DNA of 60,070 nucleotides, counting the filler, from Trypethelium eluteriae (lineage: Eukaryota): the NCBI GenBank assembly GCA_051942245.1. It is 4 parts of 4 records of this genome, joined end to end, with 100 filler letters (N's around TTAATTAATTAA, not from the genome) between each part and the next. Parts side by side here need not be neighbours in the genome. Positions count along the whole stretch, not along the records: positions 15,075 to 30,034 come from JAVECL010000665.1; 3 more parts are not named here. One strand, written 5' to 3'. Each line of letters opens with the position of its first letter. Positions within the stretch are counted from its first letter, which is position 1. This document shows positions 15,349-27,387 of this stretch, piece after piece. The position numbers and the translations under genes are program-made. The notes below the pieces were generated by a model, which had not been told where the DNA came from, did not search any database, and worked only from the letters and a program-made list of their open reading frames with translations.

Positions 15349-16504
15349 ATCAGTCGGTCTTGCTGCTTGATTGTGCCACGATGGTCCCAGTGCTGATTGG
15401 GAGTGCCTAATTGGAAACGTTAGTGCTTGGACAATACTATATGATTTGAGTTAGAATAGTAGTACTTGAACGAAGATAGTAATGCTCGAATGGAAGTGGC
15501 AAAGATCGAACTTAAATGGCAGTACTCGAGCGGAAATGGAGGGTATTGAGAAGGTTAATGCTCGAGCAAAGAAGTTGTATAGCTCTTACACGGAAAGCGG
15601 AGTAAACTGGTTTTAATGTGGAGAAAGTGGTCACGCAGGCCCTGTGTGCATTTAATGGTGAATGAATTGTGTGATTAAAGTAACTTTGCATGTAGTGTTT
15701 CGCACCCATGGCAATCGCTCACGTTCCTCACCGCAAACACTTTCCCCTCCTTCAAGCAGGCATATTCGAAGAGCTATAGCATTCTTAGCATAGAGAAGGT
15801 AGGAAGATACGGCATGCTATCGATGGTGCTTATGGCAGGGATACACAATCTCATAGGAGGTGAAAAAGAGTTATCAGCTCTGGTCTGGGAAATCATGATG
15901 TAAATACCCCATCGAAGAGACGTTTTTTTGATTGGAACACTGTGTACGGAATATGAAATGGCCAACGATGTTTCCTCGATTGTTTTAGTAAGCAACGCGA
16001 TCTTTTGCCATTTCGCCACTTTCATAGTGTACCACCAGTAAACGCTCGATTGCTAGCATAAATGATCACGAATACTTTGACCACTGATCCCAGAAAAATG
16101 AGGCAACGAGGGCCTTTCCCCGACCAAGTGAACCACAAAAATTTTTGAAAATAATTAGTTTCAGGCATGTTGTTCTTCAAGGAATCTGGGCTAGCCATCG
16201 AACGTGCCTTGACAGGGTAGCAAGAACCTGGGTGTGAGTGAACTAATGGAGGGGGTGGACCAACGCTTATCAGAAGCCACAATGAAAAATAGTAAGAATC
16301 ACATGCTAACTTTTTGAGCAAGAGTAAGAAAGTTATTGCTCCGGCCTTCCTTGCACGTAGACTGGACTATGGAAAGATAATGAGTGATACCGACTGTCAT
16401 GTCCAAAGGCGTAGTTCATCTGAATGATAGTACCAGTTTCATTTCTATTACCAAATTTTGTCCAAAAAAAACTCCAGTCTACGAATGAACCAGAATCGTA
16501 ATTT

Positions 16505-17339
16505 TTACTCCAACCTAAAGGCATCGATTCTCGCTTTGGCCTCTTTTTCATCGGCCTCTTTGTCATCACCCTCGGACTTCAGAGTTGTGAGCTCTCCAGT
16601 TCCAACGTTGTAAATCAAGCCATGTAGGCGAAGGTCGCGGTCTTTGATGGCATCAATGACAACAGCATTCTGCTTCAGAACATCCAAAGACTGAGCGACG
16701 TTGAGCTGCGAAAGCCGGAATGTTCGTTCCGCCTGCGGCAACGCCTCCAATTCCTGGGCATGCTTCATTCGCAGTTGCCGCAATGGGAGGAGCCAAGTAT
16801 CGATCATGCCTAATTTCTGATTGCCTAGCGCCGCGTTGACACCTCCGCAGCTTGTGTGCCCACAGACGATGATGTGCTTCACCTTCAGGTATTTGACGGC
16901 GAACTCGATGACGGAGCCGGCGTTGATGTCGGCGCTATGCAGGATGTTCGCGATGTTGCGGTGGACGAAAACATCGCCGGGTTTTAGTCCGAGAATGGTC
17001 GTCTCCGGTATCCGGCTATCGGCGCACCCTATCCACAGTATCTCGGGAGACTGTCCCGAGCCGAGCTTGGGAAAGAAGGAAGGGTCTTCGTGGGCGACTT
17101 TGTACGCCCAGGCCTTGTTCTGGGCAAGGGCAAGATCAAGGGTTTCTAGATTAGAGCTTGTCAGCAACGTGTCCGCTTATTGTTGTGAACAAGAACGCAT
17201 TACTAGACCCTTGTTGGCCGGAGGCCATGCGTGATGGAGATAATCTTGAAACTGAAGGTTGGAATATTTTCGAGCCACAAATGAAAGTGGAGCGTTGAAA
17301 ATGCCCCGAGAGCAATCGCACTCGCGTAATAAATAACAT
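16505..17339 (-). CDS. NCE103: Beta-class carbonic anhydrase, with possible long (ATG 17339) and short (ATG 17228) isoforms
   Basis: Zinc-site motifs IGCADSR, VHRNIAN and CGHTSCGG. An intron (GTAATG...CTAG, ~17147-17203) joins MASGQQGS to KTLDLALAQNKAWA. Confidence 0.93.
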
Positions 17340-17985
17340 TGGGAAGTCTCACGTACCGTCCCCGCTCATATTCTCAAGGCGTTAGGAGGTCGTTACTCGG
17401 GTGCCGGTTGTACTTTGACGATGAATGGTCTCCTTTCGGCTGGAGTTTCGTAGCTCGTATTTTAACAATTGGATTTGTACAAAATCGCTTTCGGTCGATG
17501 AGGCGAAATTGGGTCCAAAATCAAGGCGTCGAAGAGAATTGAGGCGAGGGAGAGGGTGGGCGTGAGGGTGAGCGTGATATCTTATGGCAGAAACATAATA
17601 CGGTATGACGGAGAGGCGGAGCCGGGGCCAAAAACTAGCACCGACACTGTGCTATACCTGTGCTATACCTGCTTCGTACCTCCGCAATTCCACGGAGAAC
17701 GCAAACGCTTGGTCCGCGGCTTGGCTGACACTTTGGCCAAGCCCAAAACTCCATGTTTTGCTTTACTCCGCAAAGTTTATCTCAACCCTTGGGGTCTGTA
17801 TTCCGTTGTTGATTGCTTACTTTGGCTCTGACGGTGTGTCAAGTGGCCGTCGTGTGATCGATGAATCCTTAACATATTGACGGGTCTGGGTATAGCATCA
17901 ATCTAGGCATACGTACAACATGATAGATATTAATTACATCTCGGAATCTCCGAAAATGAAGGGTCTCAATGACATACCCCTGTCA

Positions 17986-18567
17986 TTAAGAATGTACCCC
18001 ACCATGCCCACCATCCATTAACTTCTCGAGGAACCTCTGGTGGAGGGTTCCATGGCTCTTCTGCATCGTACTCTGGATGAAAGGTCGCAGTAAAGAGTTG
18101 CAGGAGACGACCGCTTGCTCCTCCAAGTAATGGTCCAAATCCCCGCTTCCTTCAGGCCCAGATCCTGGCTTGGAAGGGATCACTCTCCAAGATCCTCGTA
18201 TTTCGACACCCATAGGCGCTCGCACAAATGATCGTAGTCCATCTGAAGCGTTGGCAAACCAAGCCGTGTAGATGATCTTGCTGTCCCAGAGATGGGCCGG
18301 TAAATACGATATCTGATCTGTGATGCTGTACTTGGCGCTCGCAGTGCTGGAACAGATGTCGTCTTGGTCAGAAGCTGTGGTCTCATCTTGCTGGAGACTC
18401 GGAGGTGGCGACGAGGGTCCTTGCATCTGCTCATGCTTGATCACGATGGGGTTTAGCGTGATCATCTCGGAATGATCGTGCAGGAGAGTGACAACATCCT
18501 CCTTTGTGACGGATGCTGGGAGAGTTGTCTGTCTGCTGACTGTAAATGTTGACCGGAACAGTGACAT
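17986..18567 (-). CDS. Conserved fungal hypothetical protein (DUF7053-like)
   Basis: Intact 193-aa ORF with LLHDHSEMITLNPIV, GLRSFVRAPMGV and HGTLHQRF patterns typical of a widespread Pezizomycotina family. Family name from recall. Confidence 0.7.
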   Translation of the reverse strand: MSLFRSTFTVSRQTTLPASVTKEDVVTLLHDHSEMITLNPIVIKHEQMQGPSSPPPSLQQDETTASDQDDICSSTASAKYSITDQISYLPAHLWDSKIIYTAWFANASDGLRSFVRAPMGVEIRGSWRVIPSKPGSGPEGSGDLDHYLEEQAVVSCNSLLRPFIQSTMQKSHGTLHQRFLEKLMDGGHGGVHS

Positions 18568-19089
18568 CTTATAAGTGGCCCCGAGTCTTGAAGAGCCTTC
18601 TCAAATTCAATGGTTTTCGAACAAGTGCGGATTGGTGTTTGGTCCTAAAACTTATATGTCCTCGTGGCTTGCCTGCACAGCTCCACGGGCAAAGCTGATC
18701 CGGCGCCACACGAGCGGCAATGTGCAGGGTTTACCTCTCGGTATCAAGAGAATCCAGTGTATTTATAACTCCCCAAGCACATGGATTGATTTTCATGGTA
18801 CGAAGCAGTTCATCCATTCATCACTTCGTGAATATTAGCATTACCCTGGAACAGTCTAAATCCGAGTGGCCTCCAAGTTACGGGGCGCAGCAATGGACCC
18901 ATGCCAATATGTCTTCTCGTCTTCCTCATTAAGCAGACAAACTTATCGACAGCGCTATACCTCATAACTCGAGGGAAAGAACAATGGCCTGAACGCTCAA
19001 ATAAAGATCATATCTGACGACTGGAGCGCTCCACATGCCCGGCAAAATGACTATGAACGACGTTTTTACCCAACCCAACCAGACCCATC

Positions 19090-22033
19090 TTAGTCTTCTT
19101 CTGCGAAAAACTGACTAGCATCGATGATATCCTTGTCGCCATTTGCGAAATCCCAACCGACAATACGTGGATCCTGAGAGCAGCATATGATCCGTCTAGA
19201 ATCGAATTGAAGCTTGAAGACTCTTGAATTCGAGCCATGCTGGCCTATAGGCATCATCGCTGCTAGGCCAGGGTTGGCAGCGTGATGGCCGTGATGGTGG
19301 CCATGGTGATGGTGGTGACCGTGGTGATGATGATGAGGAGCAGTTGCGGTAGATTGTTGCGCTGCAGACTGGCCTTGAGTACCAGTTTGACTCTGCTGTG
19401 CCTGATTTGCCGGCTGAGAAAGGGCAGTCGTGGAGTTGGCGATATGAGTAGGTAGTTGAGCAGCACTGGACCCTTCCCCGGTTTGACCTGTATGTGCAGT
19501 CATAGAGGACGAAACTACAGTGACTCGTTGCACCGGGTTTGAAGGACCGACGGCTTGACTATCTGCTGCACCATCAAGCTGTGGCATAGGTGAATGGCTA
19601 GCAGGTTGGTGAGGCCCGGCGGTCACAGTAGCTATGTTCTGCCCAACAGTTGATGAAAGCTGTTGTACCGATTGGGCTTGCTGTTGTGGCGGCTGCTGCT
19701 GCTGCTGCATCTGTTGTTGCATCGTATGCTGCTGCGGCTGTGGTGGGGCCATTCGTGGAGTAGCAGCGGTCGGTCGACGCAAACCACCAGCACGCCTCAC
19801 TGCGTCCGCTTGCAATAGACGTCGTGCAATGACCCACTTCCCATCATGATCCCTCTTCCAGATGATGACCGTCTCGTCGTAGGATCCAGAGACAATTTTT
19901 CCCCATCGGCTACCGCCTCCACCAGGTGGCAATTTTGCGCCATAAGCAGTAATATCCTCAGGATTGCGGGATCCGGCGTTGCGGAATCTTCGTCGGGTGC
20001 CACTATCAGTTGTTGGAATAAGCCCTTGTCTCCGAGCTTCGAAAAACTTCTTGTCAATCTCTCGAGCTTCTGCCTCAAGATCATCTTCGTTGCCAGGCAG
20101 ATCTCCAAACCTGGCTTGTACAGTGCGCACAAGGTTTTGATGGCCTTGCAGACAGGCAACTTCAAGTCCTGTCGCTCGGTCAAAAATGCGGACTGTCTCG
20201 TCACTGCTGCCGCTCACGACCCGTCTGCCGTCAAATTGTACACAAGCAATGCCCTTCGAATGGCCAGTGAGCGTCATCTTGCAAATGCCTGTGCTCAGAT
20301 CCCAGATCTTGACGGTTCGATCTCCAGAAGCAGAAACAATGTGCCCGTCCAAAATTTGAATCGCATTTACAGCAGCGCCGTGACCATCGAGGGTCATCGC
20401 AAGAGTATACTCTTCAAGGAGGCGCCATGTGGATGGATTATCCGTATAACGCTCAGTATTAATTATATAGGTGGGAACCCCAGAGCCGTCCGATGCACCG
20501 GTGGATTGGCCCCTGATAAGCTCTCGTCGATTCCATACTTTTATTGATTTGTCTTTTGAACAAGTTATAAGAAAGCGTCGGTCGAAGCGTAAATTCAATA
20601 CCGATTCGGTGTGGGCATGCTCCATCTTTTTCAGGATTTGTCCAGTAGAGAAACGCCACAAGATAACGTCGGCATCGCTACCTCCCGATATGACAATATC
20701 CTCTTGAGGATTCTCGTCAAATTGGAGGCACAAAACAGATGCTTTGTGACCAACAAGAGGCGCGAGAACAAGTCTTTGGGTCTCCAAGTTCCAGATTCGG
20801 ATTGACTTGTCTCTGCTCCCACTGACAAGAAAATTACCGGAATACTGTATGGTATAGACGCATTCCATGTGTGCTTCAAATGGATAGTCGGGATGAGGTA
20901 ATTGGAAATTGGTAAAATGGCCGGCGTTCCAGTTATCTTCCAATCGCCGTCGCTGTTTGTAAAGGTATTGCCAATTGACTTTTGGCTCCTCAGATGCCGT
21001 CGATATTAAGCATGGTGTTACTGGCGGGGTCAGTGGCATCGAAACAGGGCCAGTCTGATCACTGAGCTGCGTGTCGAATCCTCCACTGCTTTGCCGACGA
21101 TTGATCTGATTGATTTGACTTTTCATGGCCTCCATATAGGACTGCCGTCGCTCATTTTCCACTACAGGTGACTGGGGCGAGTGAAAATCGACTCCCTGCA
21201 TATGCTCTGACGAATCTGGACTCTCATCGGCCTCGACCACATCATGCTGCGCTACCCAGCTTTGAGACTGCTCGATTGCTCTGTCGGGGGAGGCCTGCGC
21301 CGGGACATGTTGTGTACCAGAACCAAAAAGTCCGCTCTCTCGCGCTCGCTTTTTGTTACTTTGTTGGCCTGTTTGAGTATCGGCTCGCCTCGCACGACTT
21401 TTAGGCTCTCTGGCTTTAGAAGCACGAGTTTTCTCCGCCTCTTCGAACAGTTTAACTTGCCGAGTGTTTGGATGCCAGCCTTCTGATCCAAACAAGACGC
21501 GCCACAGGCGACTGTCCAGAGCTCTCTGCCGCCAAGCTTTGGACGCGACTGACGCAGTCAGAAGTGAACGGGGCTCCAGATACGAGAAAATGTGAAATGT
21601 GATTTCTGGTGGTAAGTGCTGGAGAGGATCAAGGTGCAATAGAGGATTGAGTCTGTCTACGATGGCTGCGATTGACGAGGTCCGAAGTGAACGTAAAATG
21701 GAGTAGGCGAATTCTATCATGGACGCATTAGTTCTGCAAGCTGCGAGCTCTTGAGTTTGGTTGTTGATATTTACCGCTGCGATCAGCTTCACTCAGCCCA
21801 AGGACCCATTCAGGAAGCGGACATATCGGGGAAGTTTCCTGGTCCACAAGCTCGCCATCTCGTGCATCAGACCGCATGGTTGCCTCGCTTCCATTCTGAC
21901 TCCTTGTTTCTTCGGAATATCCTTCGTCAATTTTAAAGGGGGCGCTCATGGATGCGGCTGACTGGTAGGCAGCAATGTAGGACGGGTTGGGATACGCGAC
22001 AGGACTACGGCTGCGAAGTTGGTGGTGAGACAT
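19090..22033 (-). CDS. FWD1: F-box/WD40 protein of the beta-TrCP/FWD-1 type
   Basis: F-box DPLQHLPPEITFHIFSYL. WD40 repeats (SGSRDKSIRIWN, SASGDRTVKIWD, SGSSDETVRIFD, SGSYDETVIIW). C-terminal RVFKLQFDSRRIICCSQD. One 5' intron (~21717-21773). Start is 22033 or 21949. Confidence 0.9.
19281..19746 (-). repeat. Low-complexity poly-Gln (CAG/CAA) and His-Gly tracts inside the FWD1 WD40 region
   Basis: Encodes QQQMQQQQQPPQQQ and HHHHHGHHHHHGHHHGHH. Confidence 0.85.
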
Positions 22034-22761
22034 GTTGAGCGAAGAGAGTTGCCCGAAATATCATTCGTAGAATGTAGTGCTTCGCGAATGGTATGGTGGG
22101 AGGAAAAGGGAGGGAGATGAGCGCCACCAGTCTCCGATCGCAAATGCAGATGAAAACAGAGCCGCAGTACTTTTGAAGAGGAGAGCTGAGCAGCGGTGCC
22201 AACTCTGGCGACCAGTCTGGCGATCAATATTCCAAGGCAGCAGCGGTCGCGAAGCAAGGGCTTGCACTGATATTTCGTCTCCTTATCCCGTACTGAAGAC
22301 AGCAGGGTGGCAGTTAGGCAGCTTGATGGCAGCCAGCAGCCCACCAGGCCTCAGCGGGTGGATGACTAAGCCGGGGTGTCCTGAGGCGCTGTCATCTATT
22401 CGCTTTGAGGGCCACGAGGCTCGGTGAGGGCTTCCCTGGGGCGCGGCAGCCACACCACCACGTACCTTTCGGTCAGCCTCTAGGACAAAGGGTCGTGGTC
22501 GCGTGTGTCGAGAGCGCTTTCCGGGTGCAAGCGGTTAACTTGCCTCCATTGCTCTTCTCTTCCCACTGCCATCTCTCCTTGTTCATGCCCTCCCCTCTAC
22601 CTCTAGGTAGGTAGGGCCCCGAGCCGTTTCAGAATCATCGCCTCTGCCGATCCCCTATTCCCGCTCCAACACCCTGCCCCCTCCACGACATCTCAACTCG
22701 ACCGACCTTCGCGCTCCCACTTGACCCTGTTCCACCCTCGCCGCCAGCTCGCTGCGTCCAG

Positions 22762-25700
22762 ATGATGGAAGTTGCGACGCATGGCCCGCTGTCACGAACG
22801 TATACTGCACCCTCCTCCATACATTCCAGGATGCAAAACCCGGGCGGCGCATCCCCTGTGATGCAATCCCAGAGCCACAGTAGCTCGCAATTCTCCGTCA
22901 ACTCTCATCCCTCTCTACGATATTCCGACACCACCCAAGGCACTTCGCAATCCACGCTGTTTCCTCCACCTCCACCATTACCCCAGACACCAAGCAACGG
23001 CGGCCCAGTCGAAGCGACGGATAATGTACTCAACAAGGTTGCCGAAAAAGAGACGTCCTTGTTTCAGGCATGCTTAAATCTCCGATCACGATTAAGAGGT
23101 GTACCAGGCTTCGAGGACCAGCTACGCGCCTTAGAAGAGGAGGACGCAGAGGATACCGACCCCGTCACGCTGCTTTGGTGGACTTTCAGGAAAGGCTATC
23201 CGTTGCTGATGATATACAATACTCTCAACCCTGCCCAGCCGTTGGACGTCGACCGGGTCCCTGAAAATAAGCGAGGGAAAGCCGCGACTTTTAAATTCCT
23301 ACAGGCATGCTTTAATGAGCTCAAATTCGCACCCGAGGAGTGCTTCATCATCACAGATCTATATGGAGACGATACGACCGGGTTTGTGAAGGTAAGGTCT
23401 CCCCAATAGGTAGTCGCGTTGTCCTCCCCCCAGACTAACGACTTTACAGGTTGTGCGAGTAGTAAACCGTGTCCTCGACATTCTCGTCGAAGAACATCTG
23501 ATCGACACAGTGTTAGCAGATGACAATTCGCTGTCATTAGAGTCCAGTAAAGACGTCAAACGGAGTCAAAGGCAGCATATTGTCGAGGAACTCGTCAAAA
23601 CGGAAAGGACATACGTGCAACATCTCGAGCTTCTGCAGTCTTTCAAGAAACTCGTCGAAGAGAAGGGCGTCATTCCTGGAGATGCTATCCATGACATTTT
23701 CTTGAACCTCAACGCGCTTCTTGACTTTCAACGGCGATTCCTCATCCGTGTAGAACAGACGAACGCATTACCAGAGTCACAACAAAATTGGGGCAAACTT
23801 TTCAAACTCTACAACGATGCCTTCAAAGTCTACGAGCCTTACATCGCAAACCAAAAGCGCTGTGAGGAAGTAACCACTCGTGAGTTTGACAAATTGAGGG
23901 AGGCTGGAGGCTCGAACGAAATGCGTCAGATGGTTGAAACTCCAGCTATACTATCCTCTTTTCTTATGAAGCCTTTTCAGCGTCTCGCGAAATACCCCTT
24001 GTTACTCAAGGTAAGAAACCAATAGGTCTGTGTATGCTCTGGATTTCTGACCTCCGTTAGGAATTGCGCGACAAAGGTGGTCTAGACCAGGCGAGAAAGG
24101 AAGACATCACAATCGGCATAGAAGCAGCTTCCTCAGTCTTAGAGCGCACGAACGACGCGGTCAATCGAGAAGAACTCCTTGCAGCAGTCCAAGAATTGAA
24201 GGGCAGGGTGGAGGACTGGAAAGGACATCGAGTCGAGGCTTTTGGCAGTCTGCTGCTCGCAGGCACTTTCACGGTTCTGAAAGGTGACAATGCAAGTACA
24301 AAGGATTCCGAAAGAGAGGTCAGTCGCGACTTCTATATTTTCCAACTTGCAGACCATGATTCTCAACCTTTCGTAATGGACAGCCTTTGCTGACTTGCAT
24401 CTCATGCTGAAAAGTACAAGGTCTACCTCTTCGAATCGATACTACTCTGTTGCAAAGAGATGAACCCGAATAAGCAGAAGAACAAATTGATGAACAAACC
24501 AGCCGTTGATCGCAGAGGCAAGCCAAAACTCCAACTCAAAGGTCGGATTTTCATGCAAAATGTCACAGAGACGATATCTCTGGCAAAGCCAGGTTAGTTG
24601 CATGAGATTATTACGCTACTGCGCTCTAGCGCGGCTAAACGTTGCTAATCACATCAAATATTCCAGGCTCATACACATGCCAAATATTTTGGAAAGGTGA
24701 CCCTGGTATCGAGAACTTTGTGATAAAATTTACCACCGAAGAACTCATGAAAAAGTGGGCCACGCAAGTCGACGCTCAGCGGAGAGTTTGGAGAGACAGA
24801 GCGCGAGTAAGCGATGGAAGATCGTATGGTACTTCGGAGACCGAGTTCACCTTCATGCAGAATCAAGGCGCATTGGAAAATCCATATCGATACGATGACG
24901 ATGGCGAAGACGACGACGAGGCGGCTACAGTTTACGGCAGACCGCCAGTATCCGAATTCTCCATGAGCAGTCGCAATGGATCGAGAACGAGCCTACGTTC
25001 GAGGTCAACTACAGGAGAAAGCGGTCCATCTGTGTCCCAACCGCCTTCGCGAGTTCCACCACCGCGATTTCCCATGGGTACAAACGCACCTCCTCTGACA
25101 TTACGCACTCAACAACTGGCCAATGCAGCGCCCTCCCCAAATGAACGTGGCGGTGACTCATACTTTTCACCCAGCGTTGAATCCCCAATATCCATACGGA
25201 CGAGTTCATCTTCGGGAATGTTCCCGTTTCCGCGCCAGCAGCCGCCTACCAGTGCTTATCATGGAGAAGAGAACAATCGCTTCACGGCGCCAGCAATCGG
25301 TCGAACAGTGTCGAGAGATGCGCAAGCTATGAATGGGTACCCGTCCAATAGCCGCTCTATGCGGCCGTCGGCGCCGCCAGGCACAACCTCTCAAAGCGCC
25401 CAAAACCGCTTCAGATCAGCGAGCAGTCCTAATATACAGAATACGCTTCCTCCGAATCGCCAATATGCGAACCAAGGTTCTCCAGTGCCTGACGTCCCCG
25501 TTCCACCATTTCCTGTCCATTATGCCCACCATGCTGGAATCAACCGTAGTCAAAGTAATTCGCCAACGGGGGCTTCAGTGGGTCGAGTGCCATCGCAGTC
25601 CCCAGGAACAGCGCAACGGGATCGATCAGCGCAAGCTCGCCTCGCGCAGGAAGCCAATTATCAAGATTACGATGACAACTCTACGCAGCAGAACGGACGT

Positions 25701-26090
25701 CCACCGGCTTTTCCGAGAAGTGCAACACAGCCACCCGCCGTGCAAGACAGTCGCCCTCTATCACCTGGATCGACTGATTACCAACCTTCTAGCCCCACGC
25801 AACTCAAAGTCAAGGTGTACTGTGAGTCCGCGGGCTGTACCTACACCTTGGTCGTTGCCATCAACATCAGCTACCAGTCGCTCAAGGATCGCATTGACGC
25901 CAAGCTTCAACGATCTACGAATCTCTCGCTTAGTTCTGGTCAATTGAAATTGAAGTATTTGGACGACGACGATTACGTCAGTATACAATCTGACGAGGAC
26001 GTCCAAATTGCCTTCGAGACCTGGAAGGAGCAGCACATGGACCAAATCGTCGCTGGTCAGCTCGGCGAGATTGAGTTGTACTGTCAATGA
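22762..26090 (+). CDS. CDC24: Cdc42 guanine-nucleotide exchange factor Cdc24/Scd1 (CH-DH-PH-PB1), multi-exon
   Basis: CH-like DPVTLLW...FIITDLYGDDTTGFVKV. DH ELVKTERTYVQHLE and KPFQRLAKYPLLL. PH YLFESILLCCKE and LQLKGRIF. PB1 LKLKYLDDDDYVSIQSDEDVQIAF. Four introns visible. Confidence 0.95.
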
Positions 26091-27387
26091 AACTGCACTG
26101 CATTGCTTTGGCGATCTCTCTCTTTTCTGCACACTTTGGCGTCGGCGTCGATGCTCCCTAAGACACTGCCAAAGGTGACGGCAGCGGGCTATCTCATCTA
26201 CTAGAGGACATGTTTCACGGGCGGCTATTGAATCAACATCTTTCGGACATTTCGGTCAGACTGGAGTTAACAAGATTTGGCGACGGTTCACGGAGTCACG
26301 TTCACGGCGTTTCCTCTCACACCAGCGGTTTGAGGGCTTGTTCATGCTCCTGCTGCTCCCATCCGGAGCAGGTCAGCTTTTTTTCTCTTCCTTCTCTGGG
26401 TCTTCATCATTGTCAAGCTACATGATTGCCTTAGTCGATCGTGCCCCGCAGGCTTGCAAGCATTAGCCTAGAGGTTTGAATTCAAAGCACTACTTTGGTT
26501 TGGCATAGTTTGGTGGGGGAAGTCTGGCAAATTAGGGAGTCAGCCATGGAGTGGAGTCTTTCGATTTGTTATTATGGCCCTTTCGCACGTGATGGTGGCG
26601 GATGATTTGACGATGGAATGAATTGACGGCGTGGGCTTTTATTGACACTTGTGTCAAATAAGACAAAATAAATGTTGCATGTGCACTTCAACTGTTCATG
26701 GTAGCGCTTTTTGTGTGGCGAAGCTGTGGATAAATGATGCATGGTTTGCCTGAGTTTGATATAAGTCGAGGACAAGAGACTGGCAATGACTTTCACTGCA
26801 TAGTCGCCTTCAGTCTTTCAATTTTCTAGTATGCACTACAGCCCATTATGAAGCTGATAGTCTACAAAGCTGTTCCTTAACTTGACATAGACAACAGACT
26901 GGTGCCTCGCTACAGCAAGTCCCTGGTCACGGCATCCGAGATGCATGATACCGTAATGACAACAGGACTTTGACCCACAATCTCAATTACCCGGGACAGG
27001 ATCACCAATATTGAGCTTTGTAAGCCTATGCTCCGCCGTCAGGTCTTATTGTCACCCCTAGTGCGATTCTCAATTGACTAAAAAATACTGTATAGCGGGG
27101 TTCACGTGAGAGTAGACCTCGGACTAGGGCGATGGATCGGAAGAAGTCGTAACCGTGAGTCGAAACATTGTTGTCGTATACCACCAACAATCCACCATGG
27201 ACTTACACGCTGGTACCTCTTACTCTTCCAGAACTCTGTGCGTTTCAATTTGGCTCTCCTACTCTGCCATTTCAAATGCATCAAACCCATCCCCATCCGC
27301 AGATCGTCGTGGCGCCCGTCAGTTGCAGTCTTGGTCTTCACCACCTCAAAGCTCCTCCAAACTCTGCCACAGGCCTCAGTCGCCGAC

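Noticed and set aside
27106..27387. N-terminal extension of the NRAMP ORF
   Set aside because: It begins at GTG, reads like UTR, and the first ATG at 27388 gives a normal-length transporter.
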